A DNA stretch of 64,000 nt from Comamonadaceae bacterium (GTDB lineage: Bacteria > Pseudomonadota > Gammaproteobacteria > Burkholderiales > Burkholderiaceae_C). The stretch lies in assembly GCA_027491035.1 (NCBI GenBank), contig JAIXWZ010000110.1, forward strand, positions 7,427 to 71,426, read 5' to 3'. The notes under the pieces are model-generated. The model did not search any database. It saw nothing but the letters and a program-made list of their open reading frames with translations, and was not told the DNA's origin. A program made the translations under genes and the position numbers. Shown in pieces: positions 26,603-37,278 of the stretch. Numbering within the stretch: the stretch's first letter is position 1; every line of letters starts with the position of its first letter.

Positions 26603-27571
26603 ATGGTGCAAATCAAGCGACGCCTGGCTTTGGCGCTGGGCTGCCTGCTCACGGCAAGTTGGGTCATGGCGCAGGACTTTCCGGTCAAGCCGGTGCGCAT
26701 GGTGGTGCCCTTTGCGGCCGGCACCACCACCGACATCGTGGCGCGCGCTGTGGCCGAAGGCATGGCCCGCCAGCTCGGGCAGTCTGTGGTGGTGGAAAAC
26801 CGCGCCGGCGCGGGGGGCGGCATCGGCTCCGATCTGGTGGCCAAATCCTCGGCCGACGGCTACACCATTTTGATGGGCACGGTGGGGACGCACGCCATCA
26901 ATGCCACGCTGTTCAAGAAGCTTGCCTACGACCCGCAGCGCGACTTCGCTCCCGTGGCTTTTGCCGGCTACACGCCCACTTTGCTGGTGGTCTCTGGCGC
27001 CTCGCCGGTCAAGTCGCTCAAGGACTTGGCCGATTTGGCCCGGCGACCCGATGGCCGGGTGAGCTTTGCGTCGGCCGGCAACGGCACCTCTGGCCATCTG
27101 GCCGGCGAGCTGCTCAAGGCGCGCTTGGGCGGTGAGATGACCCATGTGCCCTACAAGGACGGCGCCCTGGCGCTGTCCGATGTCATGGGTGGGCAGGTGC
27201 AGTTCATGTTCTACCACCCCGCCGCCGCGCTGCCGCACATCAAGAGCGGCAAGTTGCGCGCCCTCGGCGTCTCGAGCGCCAAGCGCAGCCCTGCGGCGCC
27301 CGAGGTGCCCGCCATTGCGGAGGCTGGCCTCGACTTTGATCTGGTGGCCTGGTTCATGGTCTACGCGCCAGCGGCCACGCCCGCGCCGGTGCTGGCTCGC
27401 CTGCGCGATGCGGCAGCGCAGACCCTGGCCAACGCCGACATTGCAGGGCGTCTCAAGGCCCAGGGGCTTGAGCTCAATGCGATGCGCGCCGAAGAAATGA
27501 CGGCATTTGGCCGCAGTGAGTTGGCCAAGTGGGCCGAGTTGGTCAGGCGATCGGGCGCCCAGGTGGATTGA
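26603..27571 (+). CDS. Bug/TctC family receptor
   Basis: FPVKPVRMVVPFAAGTTTD, ENRAGAGG, HVPYK. Confidence 0.92.
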   Translation: MVQIKRRLALALGCLLTASWVMAQDFPVKPVRMVVPFAAGTTTDIVARAVAEGMARQLGQSVVVENRAGAGGGIGSDLVAKSSADGYTILMGTVGTHAINATLFKKLAYDPQRDFAPVAFAGYTPTLLVVSGASPVKSLKDLADLARRPDGRVSFASAGNGTSGHLAGELLKARLGGEMTHVPYKDGALALSDVMGGQVQFMFYHPAAALPHIKSGKLRALGVSSAKRSPAAPEVPAIAEAGLDFDLVAWFMVYAPAATPAPVLARLRDAAAQTLANADIAGRLKAQGLELNAMRAEEMTAFGRSELAKWAELVRRSGAQVD

Positions 27572-27610
27572 ACCCGCGTTTTCATTTTTCAACTGCAACA
27601 GGAGACCCCT

Positions 27611-28813
27611 ATGAAAAAAATCGATCGACGCTCGGTGCTGGCCGCTGGCGCTGCAGGCGCCGCCCTGGCGATGACCTCCAGCGCCCGCGCCCAAGGCGCG
27701 CCGATTCGCATCGGCAGCACGCTGGCCCTGACCGGCCCGCTGTCGGCCACCGGCCTGACGCACAAGCTGGTGGGCGACATTTACGTCGAGCAGCTCAACG
27801 CGCGCGGCGGCTTGCTCGGTCGCAAGGTCGAGTGGATCTGCCGGGACGACCAGTCCAAGCCCGATCTGGCCCGCACCTTGTACGAGCAGCTGATCACCAC
27901 CGACAAGGTGGAGCTGCTCATGGGGCCCTATGCCACCGGCGCCATTTTGTCGGCCATGGGCGTGGCACAGCGCTACGGCAAGGTGCTGGTCCACCACACC
28001 TTCGGCATCCCCTCGCTGGCCAAGTACGACATGCACTTTCCGGCCTGGTCGCTTGGCCCCACGCCCCAGACCACGGTGCCCAACACCCTGTTTGACATGC
28101 TGGCCGCTTCGCCCAAGCCACCCAAGACGATCGCCATCGTCACCAGCAAGTTCCCCTCGATCCACTTCCTCTCGCTCGGTGGCCGTGAAGTGGCCAAGAA
28201 GCGCGGTCTGCAGGAGGTGCTCTTCCTGGAGTGGGAATTTGGCAACCGCGACTTCGGCCCGATCGCCGCGCGCATCAAGGACTCCAAGCCCGATCTGGTC
28301 TGGGTCGGTGACATCGGCCTGGAGGGCAATATGTTGCTCGACGCGATGAAGAAGATCGACTACACGCCGCCGATGAACTTCCACCTCTACCCGGCGCCGG
28401 GCCCGATGTCGAAGTCGCCCGAAGGCCGTGGCGCCATGTCGCTGACCATCTTTGAAGAGCACCAGCCCTTCCTGAGCAACCAGGTCGGCGCGCAGTTCGT
28501 CAAGGTCTTCAACGAGCGGGCCACGGCCGCCAAGCTGGCCGACACCAGCGTGGAGACGCAGGCAGCCGCCTCGTTTTCGGCCTGGCAGATTCTGGAGGCC
28601 GGCGTCAGGGGTGCCAACAGCCTGGACGACAAGGCCATTGCCGCCTTCATCAAGGGCAACCGCATCGACACCATCCACGGCCGTCTGCGCTTTGATGGGC
28701 CGAACAACTACGGTGATGACCTGATGAAGATCAAGCAGGTCCAAAACGGCAAGTGGCAGGTGGTTTGGCCCCAGCAATTTGCAGCGCCGGGCACCCGACT
28801 GCAACTCAAGTAA
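27611..28813 (+). CDS. Branched-chain amino acid-type ABC substrate-binding protein (Tat signal)
   Basis: DRRSVL Tat leader, GGLLGRKVE, DDQSKP. Confidence 0.88.
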   Translation: MKKIDRRSVLAAGAAGAALAMTSSARAQGAPIRIGSTLALTGPLSATGLTHKLVGDIYVEQLNARGGLLGRKVEWICRDDQSKPDLARTLYEQLITTDKVELLMGPYATGAILSAMGVAQRYGKVLVHHTFGIPSLAKYDMHFPAWSLGPTPQTTVPNTLFDMLAASPKPPKTIAIVTSKFPSIHFLSLGGREVAKKRGLQEVLFLEWEFGNRDFGPIAARIKDSKPDLVWVGDIGLEGNMLLDAMKKIDYTPPMNFHLYPAPGPMSKSPEGRGAMSLTIFEEHQPFLSNQVGAQFVKVFNERATAAKLADTSVETQAAASFSAWQILEAGVRGANSLDDKAIAAFIKGNRIDTIHGRLRFDGPNNYGDDLMKIKQVQNGKWQVVWPQQFAAPGTRLQLK

Positions 28814-28855
28814 TTGAGTTCGGGCCGATCTTTTGCACACCACAGCAGGGCACCC

Positions 28856-29713
28856 ATGACGCTTCCGAGTCTTAACTTACTGTTGCAGTCCATCCTCTCG
28901 GGGGTCTTCATCGGTGCCCTCTATGGCTTGATCGGCCTGGGGTTGGGCCTGACCTGGGGCTTGCTGCGCCAGATCAACCTGTCGCATTTCGGTCTGGTCT
29001 TCCTGGCCGCCTATCTGAGCTATCAGATGGCCACGGTCGGCCAGTTCGATCCTCTGCTGGCCCTGCTGGTGCTGCCGCCGCTGTTTTTCCTGTTCGGCGC
29101 GCTCATGCAGTGGGTGCTGTCGAAGTTTGCGATCACGCCCTTTAACTCTCTGCTGGCCACCTTCGGTTTGACGGTGGTGCTCGAGTCCATCATCCAGGGC
29201 ATCTGGACGGCCGATTTCCGGCGCCTGGAGTCGGGCTACAACGACCTCAAGTTCAAGGTCTTTGGCCTGTTTGTGCCGGTGCCTGAACTGATCACCTTCT
29301 GCCTGGCAGTCGGCATCGCAGTGGCCATCTGGGCGGCCATGCGTTACACCGATCTGGGCAAGGCCTTGCGGGCGATGGCCGAAGACGGCCCGATTGCGGC
29401 GGCCTTTGGCATCAACCAAAAGGGCCTGTCGCTGATTCTGGCGGGCGTGTGCGCCGCGCTGGCAGCCATCGCTGGCGTCTGCCTGGCCCTGACGTTCACG
29501 CTGGCGCCCTCACAGATTTTTGCCTGGGTGGGCGTGGTGTTTGCCGCGGTGATGCTCGGCGGGCTCGGCAGCCCGCTCGGGCCCTTGGTGGCGGGCATCA
29601 TCATTGGCGTGAGCGAGGCCATCACCATGGCGGTGGCTTCACCGTCATGGGCGCCGATCGTCTCCTTCTCCCTGCTCATCGTCATGCTGCTGCTGCGGCC
29701 CGGAAAGGGCTGA
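28856..29713 (+). CDS. Branched-chain amino acid-type ABC permease (LivH-like)
   Basis: GALYGL, INLSH, TDLGKALRAMAED, LGGLGS. Confidence 0.88.
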   Translation: MTLPSLNLLLQSILSGVFIGALYGLIGLGLGLTWGLLRQINLSHFGLVFLAAYLSYQMATVGQFDPLLALLVLPPLFFLFGALMQWVLSKFAITPFNSLLATFGLTVVLESIIQGIWTADFRRLESGYNDLKFKVFGLFVPVPELITFCLAVGIAVAIWAAMRYTDLGKALRAMAEDGPIAAAFGINQKGLSLILAGVCAALAAIAGVCLALTFTLAPSQIFAWVGVVFAAVMLGGLGSPLGPLVAGIIIGVSEAITMAVASPSWAPIVSFSLLIVMLLLRPGKG

Positions 29714-29718
29714 TCGCC

Positions 29719-31486
29719 ATGAACAAAACGTTTTCCGGGATTTTGGCCGCCGGCGCGCTGCTGGCTGTGGTGCCCTGGTTGGGCCTGCCCGCCTTCTACG
29801 AGTCCTTCCTCTACCTGATCGCGCACTGGGTGATCCTGGCCATGTCCTGGAACATCCTTTCGGGCTATTCGGGGTATTTCTCCTTTGGCCACGGCGTTTT
29901 TTATGGCGTGGGCATGTATGCCACCGCGGGCCTGGCCGGCAAGCTGGACTGGCCCTTCTTGGCCACCTTGCCGATGGCCGTGCTGATCCCGGCTGTGCTG
30001 GGCGTGTTGCTGGGCGCTGTGGTGTTTCGGGTCAAGGCGGTGCGCGGCGAGCTGTTTGCGCTCTTGACGCTGGCCGTCACCTTCGTGGTGGCCACCATCA
30101 TCATCAACACCCGCATCGATGGCGGCCCTGGCGTCTACCTGATGGCCGTTGAAGTGCCCAAGCTCGGGCCCTCACCGTCGTCGTCGCTCTACCTGATGGC
30201 GCTCATCGGCGCGGTGCTGACGGCACTGGTTGCCTACAAGGTGCAGCAGTCCAAGCTGGGCGTGGGCCTGTCGGCCATTCATGACGACGAAGATGTGGCC
30301 GAGGTCATGGGTGTGCCCACCTATGGCTACAAGCTGCTGGCGCTGGCTCTGTCGAGCGGCCTGGCGGGGCTGGCTGGCGGCATTCATGCGCTGTTCGTGC
30401 AGTACGTCACGGTGGGCGAGACCTTCAACATCACCGTGCCACTGACGGTGGTGCTGATGAGCTGCCTGGGCGGCTCGCGCCACTGGGCCGGCCCTGCGGT
30501 TGGCGCGGTGCTGATCACCTCGATGCTGTACTTTTTCACCGCCGGCAACAACCCCGTGCTGGGCAAGGCGGTGGTGGGCGTGGTGCTCATCGTGGTGATT
30601 TTGTTCATGCCCAATGGCGTGATGGGTTTCTTTATGAAGCGCCGCGCACAGGCAGCCGCGCGCCGCAGCCGTGAGATCGAGCAGAGCCTGGGCGCAGCGC
30701 TCCATGCGGGCCTGCCGCCCGAGCCCGACGTCGTGGCTGCGCCCCGGCCAGCCGCCGACCAAGAAGCGCAGGTCTTGCTGCAAACGCGCGGCCTGTCCAA
30801 GGCCTTCAAGGGCGTGCAAGCCCTCAGCGAGGTGGACTTGCAGGTTCACAAGGGCGAGATCCTGGGCTTGCTCGGCCCCAACGGCTCGGGCAAGTCGACC
30901 TTTATCAACGTGGTCAGCGGCCACTACGTGGCCACCGGCGGCAGCTATGCCTTCGAAGGCCGTGAACTGGCCGGCATGGCCGCGCACCAGATCGCGCAGT
31001 CGGGCATTGCGCGCACCTACCAGATCCCGCGGCCCTTCATGCACATGACGGTGCTGGAGAACGTGATCATGTCGGCCATGTTTGGCGGCGCGGCCATGGG
31101 GCGCGAGCAGGCCACAGAAGAGGCCATGCGCTGCCTGGAGTTCACGGGTCTGAAGCACAAGGCCGAGAGCCTGCCCGATGACCTGAATCTGCATCAGCGC
31201 AAGTTTCTCGAATTGGCCCGCGCGCTGGCCGCCCGGCCTCGGCTGGTGCTGCTCGACGAGGTGCTCTCGGGCATGACGCCCAGCGAGATCGACGAGGCCA
31301 TTGTGCTGATTCGCCGTATTCGCGATCAGGGCTCGACCATCGTGTTCGTCGAGCACGTCATGCGCGCGGTCATGGCCTTGTGTGACCGGGTGGCGGTGCT
31401 CAACCATGGCAAGCTGATCGCGGTTGGGCCGGCCAAGCAGGTGATGAGCGATCCGCAAGTTGTCAGTGCCTACCTGGGGAAGCCCC

Positions 31487-31494
<8 letters not shown>
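29719..31494 (+). CDS. Fused ABC permease/ATP-binding protein (LivM-LivG)
   Basis: N-terminal SGYSGYFSFGH TM domain; C-terminal GPNGSGKST and LLDE. Confidence 0.9.
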
Positions 31495-32200
<706 letters not shown>

Positions 32201-32264
32201 TCGCTCGCGGCCTCTGCGCTGGTGGGGCTGGCGGGGCGGCCTGAGCAGATAATCGCCCCTGTCC

Positions 32265-33014
32265 ATGGCCCTGATCACCGATCCCTTTTTCTACGCGGTT
32301 GCCATCCCATCGGTTTTGCTGATGGGGGTCAGCAAGAGTGGCTTTGGTACCGGCTTTGGCTCGCTGGCCGTGCCCTTGATGGCGCTGGCCGTGAGCGTTC
32401 CCGACGCGGCGGCCATCATGATGCCGGTGCTCTTGCTGACCGATATCCTCAGCCTGGCTTTTTTTCGCAACCAACTCGACTGGCGTCTGCTCAAATTTCT
32501 CGTGCCTTGCGGTCTGGTGGGCACCGTGCTGGGTTTCATGCTGTTTCGGCTGCTTAGCCCCGGCGTGGTGGAGGCGCTGGTGGGCGGTTTTACGCTGCTG
32601 TTTTTGGCGCAGCGCCTGCTGTTGCCACCCAAACCCGATGCCCCGCCGCCGCCGCGCTGGGTGGGCGCCATCTTGACCGCCACTTCGGGCTTTACCAGCT
32701 TCATTGCGCACGCCGGTGGCCCGCCGATCAGCGCCTATGTGATTCCGCTCAAACTCAGTCCGGTGCTGTTTACCTCGACCATGGCGGTGTTCTTCTTTGT
32801 CATCAACCTGTCCAAGTGGATTCCCTACGGCTTTCTGGGTCTGCTGGACATGCGCAACATGCTCACCTCGCTGGTGTTGCTGCCCTTGGTGCCTTTGGGC
32901 GTTTGGGTGGGCGTGCGCCTGGCCCGCCGAATCAAGCCCGACCTGTTTTACAAGTTCATCTATGCCGGGATGTTTCTGACCGGCCTGAAGCTGCTCTGGG
33001 ACGGGCTGCGCTGA
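32265..33014 (+). CDS. TSUP/TauE/SafE family transporter
   Basis: GVSKSGFGTGFG, AHAGGPP; multi-TM. Confidence 0.87.
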   Translation: MALITDPFFYAVAIPSVLLMGVSKSGFGTGFGSLAVPLMALAVSVPDAAAIMMPVLLLTDILSLAFFRNQLDWRLLKFLVPCGLVGTVLGFMLFRLLSPGVVEALVGGFTLLFLAQRLLLPPKPDAPPPPRWVGAILTATSGFTSFIAHAGGPPISAYVIPLKLSPVLFTSTMAVFFFVINLSKWIPYGFLGLLDMRNMLTSLVLLPLVPLGVWVGVRLARRIKPDLFYKFIYAGMFLTGLKLLWDGLR

Positions 33015-33032
33015 GCAGACCGCCCGATCGCC

Positions 33033-33515
33033 TCAGCTCGCGGCCAGCTGGCCGCCCTCAAAGGCGCATTGGCGCCAGGCCTCAAAAACCGTCACGGCCA
33101 CCGCATTGGACAGGTTCAGGCTGCGCTGGCCGGCGCGCATCGGCAGTCGCAGGCGCTGCTCGAGCGCAAACGATTCGCGCAGCTCAGCGGGCAGGCCGGC
33201 CGTCTCGGAGCCGAACACCAGCCAGTCGCCGGCGGCAAACTGCACCTCGAAGGCGGGCCTTGAGCCGTGCCGGGTCATGGCGAACATGCGCTGCAAGGCA
33301 GGCTGCTCGCGTGCCAGCAGGGCCTGCCAGCTGGCGTGGCGGCGTACCGGGGCGTACTCGTGGTAGTCCAGCCCGGCGCGGCGCAGCTGGCGGTCGTCCA
33401 TCTCGAAGCCCAGGGGCTCGACCAGGTGCAGGCTGCAGCCGGTGTTGGCCGCCAGCCGGATGATGTTGCCCGTGTTGGGCGGGATCTCGGGGTGAACCAG
33501 GACGATGTTGAACAT
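33033..33515 (-). CDS. trmL: tRNA (cytidine/uridine 34-2'-O)-methyltransferase
   Basis: PEIPPNTGNI, RRAGLDY, FGSETAGL, RSLNLSN. Confidence 0.95.
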   Translation of the reverse strand: MFNIVLVHPEIPPNTGNIIRLAANTGCSLHLVEPLGFEMDDRQLRRAGLDYHEYAPVRRHASWQALLAREQPALQRMFAMTRHGSRPAFEVQFAAGDWLVFGSETAGLPAELRESFALEQRLRLPMRAGQRSLNLSNAVAVTVFEAWRQCAFEGGQLAAS

Positions 33516-33586
33516 GCCCCCGATTATCGGCAGTGCCTCGGGCCCGCCCGGTCGAACGGGTCGGATCAGACGGGCTCAGGGCGGGC

Positions 33587-34303
33587 TCAGGGCGGTGTTC
33601 GCGCGATCACCAGCGCGCTGACCGATCGGGCTCCCGCCTCGAGCAAAGCCGTTGCGGCGGCGGCCAAGCTGGCGCCTGTGGTCATGATGTCGTCGACCAG
33701 CATCACCTGGCGGCCTTGCAGCTGGCCGGTGGCCAGTGGGTCGACCCAAAACGCGTCCCGTACATTGAGCTGCCGGGCATCGCGCGGCAGCTCGCTTTGC
33801 GCTTGGGTGTGACGCAGGCGCAGCAGCAGGCGTGCCGACACCGTGGCGCGGCAGCGGCTGCGCCGGTGCAGCCGCCGGCACAGCTCCCAGGCCTGGTTGT
33901 AGCCCCGCTCAGCCAGGCGCTGCGCTGACAGCGGCAGCGGCACGAGATAGTCGGGCGCTTGCAGATCGGCCAGGGCAGGGCCCACACCCGGGGTGTGCAG
34001 CAGCAAGTCCACCAGTGGCTCGCCCAGGCCGGTGTCCTGCTCGAACTTGTAGCGTGCGAGCAGCTCGCTCCAGGGATAGGCGTAATCGACCGCAGCCCAG
34101 CACGCGGCCAGCGGCAGGGGGCTGCGCAGGCACTGCAGGCACTGCGCTGTAGTGAGCACGAGCGCGCACAGTGGGCAGCGGGCCTTGGTCGCCGCAAAAG
34201 TCGTTCGGCAGTGCTGGCACAGGCGCTGGCTCGGCCAGCTGCGGCAAACCGCACACTGGCTGGGCAGTTGCAGCGCCCGATACAAAGCTGAGCCGGCCGA
34301 CAT
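33587..34303 (-). CDS. comF: ComF family protein (zinc ribbon plus PRTase-like)
   Basis: Paired CxxC motifs, RGYNQA, MLVDDIMTTGASL; start uncertain (34303 or 34312). Confidence 0.85.
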   Translation of the reverse strand: MSAGSALYRALQLPSQCAVCRSWPSQRLCQHCRTTFAATKARCPLCALVLTTAQCLQCLRSPLPLAACWAAVDYAYPWSELLARYKFEQDTGLGEPLVDLLLHTPGVGPALADLQAPDYLVPLPLSAQRLAERGYNQAWELCRRLHRRSRCRATVSARLLLRLRHTQAQSELPRDARQLNVRDAFWVDPLATGQLQGRQVMLVDDIMTTGASLAAAATALLEAGARSVSALVIARTPP

Positions 34304-34372
34304 GAGGCCCATATACTGGCCGCCGTTGTCGGCGCTGTCCAGAGGCGTTGACGTTTTTTTTGCTTTGCCACC

Positions 34373-35278
34373 TTGAGCCCCAGCGCCACCCCCCCGACAT
34401 ATGACCGAGCCGCCGTCTTGCGCTGGCAGCGCATTGCGGCGCCGCAGACCGACTGGCTGCATGCCCAGGTGGCCCAGCGCATGTTCGAGCGGCTGCAGTG
34501 GATACGCGCCAAGCCGCAGGCTTGGACCCATTGGGCGCCCCTGAACACCGGCGCTGAGGTCAACGGCCGGCTGCTGGCTGAGCTTGGCCCGCGGGCCAGC
34601 CTGGTTGAGGCTGACGGCGTGCGTCAGGCGCTGGCACGCGAGTTGTATGCGCCGCCCTGGTGGCGCTGGCAGCGTCGGCAGCTGTCCTGGCAGGAGCCGG
34701 CCGAGCAGTCGCAGGACATGGTCTGGGCCAATCTGGTGCTGCACACCGCGCTCGATCCGCAGGCCCTGTTGCTGCGCTGGCATGGCCTGCTGCGGGTTGA
34801 CGGGTTTGTCATGTTCTCCTGCCTGGGCCCGGACACAGCGGTCGAGATGCGCGCGCTTTACGACGAATTGGGCTGGCCTGCGGCCGGTGCCGCGCTGACC
34901 GACATGCACGATTGGGGCGACATGCTGGTCGGTTGCGGTTTTGCCGAGCCGGTGATGGACATGGAAAAGCTCACCCTGACCTTCGAATCGGGCGAGCGCC
35001 TCCTGGCCGAGTTGCGCCAGTGGGGCCGCAATGTGCATCCGGCCCGTTTTGCCGCCTTGCGTGCCCGCTCTTGGCGCCAGCGCCTGCTCGACGCCATCGA
35101 GCAGCGCTGGCCGCGTCAGAGCGACGGCCGGCTGGGCCTGACGGTGGAGTTGGTCTACGGCCATGCCCTGCGCGCGCCCGTGCGGCTCAAGGCCGATGCG
35201 GTGACGGCTTTGCCTCTGCAGCACATGCGCGACATGCTCAAGGGGTCAAGGCCAAGGGTGCCGCCAGATCAGCGCTGA
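34373..35278 (+). CDS. BioC-like methyltransferase-fold protein
   Basis: DMVWANLVLH, GFVMFSCLGPDT, DMHDWGDML, GFAEPVMDME; glycine-rich motif I not recognisable; divergent from comF. Confidence 0.7.
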   Translation: MSPSATPPTYDRAAVLRWQRIAAPQTDWLHAQVAQRMFERLQWIRAKPQAWTHWAPLNTGAEVNGRLLAELGPRASLVEADGVRQALARELYAPPWWRWQRRQLSWQEPAEQSQDMVWANLVLHTALDPQALLLRWHGLLRVDGFVMFSCLGPDTAVEMRALYDELGWPAAGAALTDMHDWGDMLVGCGFAEPVMDMEKLTLTFESGERLLAELRQWGRNVHPARFAALRARSWRQRLLDAIEQRWPRQSDGRLGLTVELVYGHALRAPVRLKADAVTALPLQHMRDMLKGSRPRVPPDQR

Positions 35279-35388
35279 ACCATTACACTTTGCGGCGTGT
35301 TCAGTCAGCCAGGGGCTGCGGCCAGAGCTGACGCGCACGGCGGCATTTTCCGCTGCTGCACTGCGGTGCAACTTGGGCAGAAAAGAAC

Positions 35389-35889
35389 GTGTCTTCTGCG
35401 GTTCATCCCTTCCGCTTGGCCAAGCCCATGCATCAAGGTGACGGCCAGTCTCCTGACCTGCAATGGTCGCTGCGGCGCAACTGCAGCCTCAGCCCAGCGC
35501 AATTGCTGCGCTTTTACATCGGCCTGTGCCTGCTCTCGCTGTCGATTGCCACGGCGTTTTGGTTTTCTGGCGCGCGTCTGGTCATGCCTTTTGCGTGGCT
35601 CGAGCTGATCGCGGTGGGCGTCGCCTTGCTCATCTATGCCCGCCACGCTTGTGACGGCGAAAAAATCACGCTGCAAGGGCCTGTGCTGGTCGTCGAGCGC
35701 GACCACGGCCGGCGCAGCGAGCGCACCGAGTTTGACCGCCAGTGGGTGCGCATCGAGCCGTGCAGCGGCGACGGATCGCTCATCGAAGTGTCCGGCCAGG
35801 GACGCAGTGTGCTGGTGGGGCGGCACTTGCGCCCGGAGCTGCGGCCCGCGCTGGCGCGCGAGATCCGGCTGGCTTTGCGAGGCGCTTGA
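35389..35889 (+). CDS. DUF2244 family membrane protein
   Basis: LRRNCSLSP, two TM segments, YARHACDGE; precedes the cox operon. Confidence 0.82.
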   Translation: MSSAVHPFRLAKPMHQGDGQSPDLQWSLRRNCSLSPAQLLRFYIGLCLLSLSIATAFWFSGARLVMPFAWLELIAVGVALLIYARHACDGEKITLQGPVLVVERDHGRRSERTEFDRQWVRIEPCSGDGSLIEVSGQGRSVLVGRHLRPELRPALAREIRLALRGA

Positions 35890-35991
35890 CACCTGACGCC
35901 AAACTTTCGCCAACCCTGTGGCCAGCCCTCTGGCACTGCCTATAATCCCAGGGTTTGACTGGCACTTGATACTTCTAGAAAAGCACAGACG

Positions 35992-37239
35992 ATGAACGCG
36001 AGCAACACCCAGGGCATGAGCATGAAACGCGCGCAAGCGCTGGTCCCATTTCTCGGCGATGCCGCGCTGCGCGCCTCGGTCAAGGCCAGCTGCGCCTTGA
36101 CGCTGGGGCTGACGGCCCTGTCGGCCTCGGCTTCGGGCTCGGCCTTCAATTTGCCCGGTGGCCCGCAGCCCTTCCAGCTCAACTTGCCAGTGCCGGCCAC
36201 CCGCATTGCGGCCGAGCAAAACTGGCTGCACTGGGCCATGATGATCATCTGCCTGGTGATTTTCATCGCGGTTTTCGGTGTGATGTTCTATTCGATCTGG
36301 AAGCACCGCAAGTCGCTTGGCCACAAGCCGGCTACCTTTCATGAGTCCACCGCTGTCGAAATCGCCTGGACGGTGGTGCCATTTCTCATCGTCATCGGCA
36401 TGGCGCTGATGGCCACCAAGCTGCTGGTGGCGCAAAAAGACACGACCAATGCCGATCTGACCATCAAGGTCACCGGCATCCAGTGGAAGTGGGGCTACGA
36501 GTACATCAAGGGCGAGGGCGAGGGCATTGCCTTTGTCTCGACTCTGGACGCCAGCCATCGCGCCATGAGCGATGCCGGCGGCCCCAAGAAGGGCGAGATC
36601 GTCAGCGACTACCTGCTCAAGGTCGACAAGCCTCTGGTCGTGCCGGTCAACCAGAAGATCCGCATCATCACCACCGCCAACGACGTGATCCACGCCTTTG
36701 CCGTGCCCCAGTTCGGCATCAAGCAAGACGCCATTCCTGGCTTCGTGCGCGACACCTGGTTTCGCGCCGAGAAAACCGGCGACTTTTATGGCCAGTGCCA
36801 AGAGCTGTGCGGCAAGGAGCACGCCTACATGCCGATTCACGTCAAGGTCGTGACCACCGAGCAGTACAGCGCCTGGGTCCAGGAGCGCCAGAAGGAAGCT
36901 GCAGCCAAGGCCGACGATCCGAGCAAGGTTTGGCAGCAAGCCGATCTGGTGGCGCGCGGCGAGAAGGTCTACGCCGCCAACTGCGCCGCTTGCCACCAGG
37001 CCAGCGGCAAGGGCGCCGGTCCGATCAAGGCACTGGACGGCTCGGCCATCGTGCTCGATGCCGACCACCTCAAGACCACCAACATCTTGCTCAACGGCGC
37101 TGCAGGCGGCGCCATGCCGGCCTGGAAGCAGTTGAGCGACACAGAAATTGCCGCCGTCATCACTTACACCAAGAACACCTGGTCCAACAAGACCGGTCAG
37201 GTGGTGCAGCCGGCCCAGGTTCAGGCCGCGCGCAAGTAA
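35992..37239 (+). CDS. coxB: Cytochrome c oxidase subunit II with C-terminal cytochrome c
   Basis: QWKWGY, DVIHAF, CuA motif CQELCGKEHAYM, CAACH. Confidence 0.95.
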   Translation: MNASNTQGMSMKRAQALVPFLGDAALRASVKASCALTLGLTALSASASGSAFNLPGGPQPFQLNLPVPATRIAAEQNWLHWAMMIICLVIFIAVFGVMFYSIWKHRKSLGHKPATFHESTAVEIAWTVVPFLIVIGMALMATKLLVAQKDTTNADLTIKVTGIQWKWGYEYIKGEGEGIAFVSTLDASHRAMSDAGGPKKGEIVSDYLLKVDKPLVVPVNQKIRIITTANDVIHAFAVPQFGIKQDAIPGFVRDTWFRAEKTGDFYGQCQELCGKEHAYMPIHVKVVTTEQYSAWVQERQKEAAAKADDPSKVWQQADLVARGEKVYAANCAACHQASGKGAGPIKALDGSAIVLDADHLKTTNILLNGAAGGAMPAWKQLSDTEIAAVITYTKNTWSNKTGQVVQPAQVQAARK

Positions 37240-37278
37240 AGCGCAGCGTTCGAAGAGTTCTTATAAAAGGGTAGCGTC

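Noticed and set aside
26552-28843. 763-aa minus-strand ORF, the longest in the track
   Set aside because: Antisense to Bug and Liv SBP genes; no recognisable domain
33587-35224. 545-aa version of comF
   Set aside because: The N-terminal 300 aa are antisense to the bioC-like gene; real ComF starts near 34303
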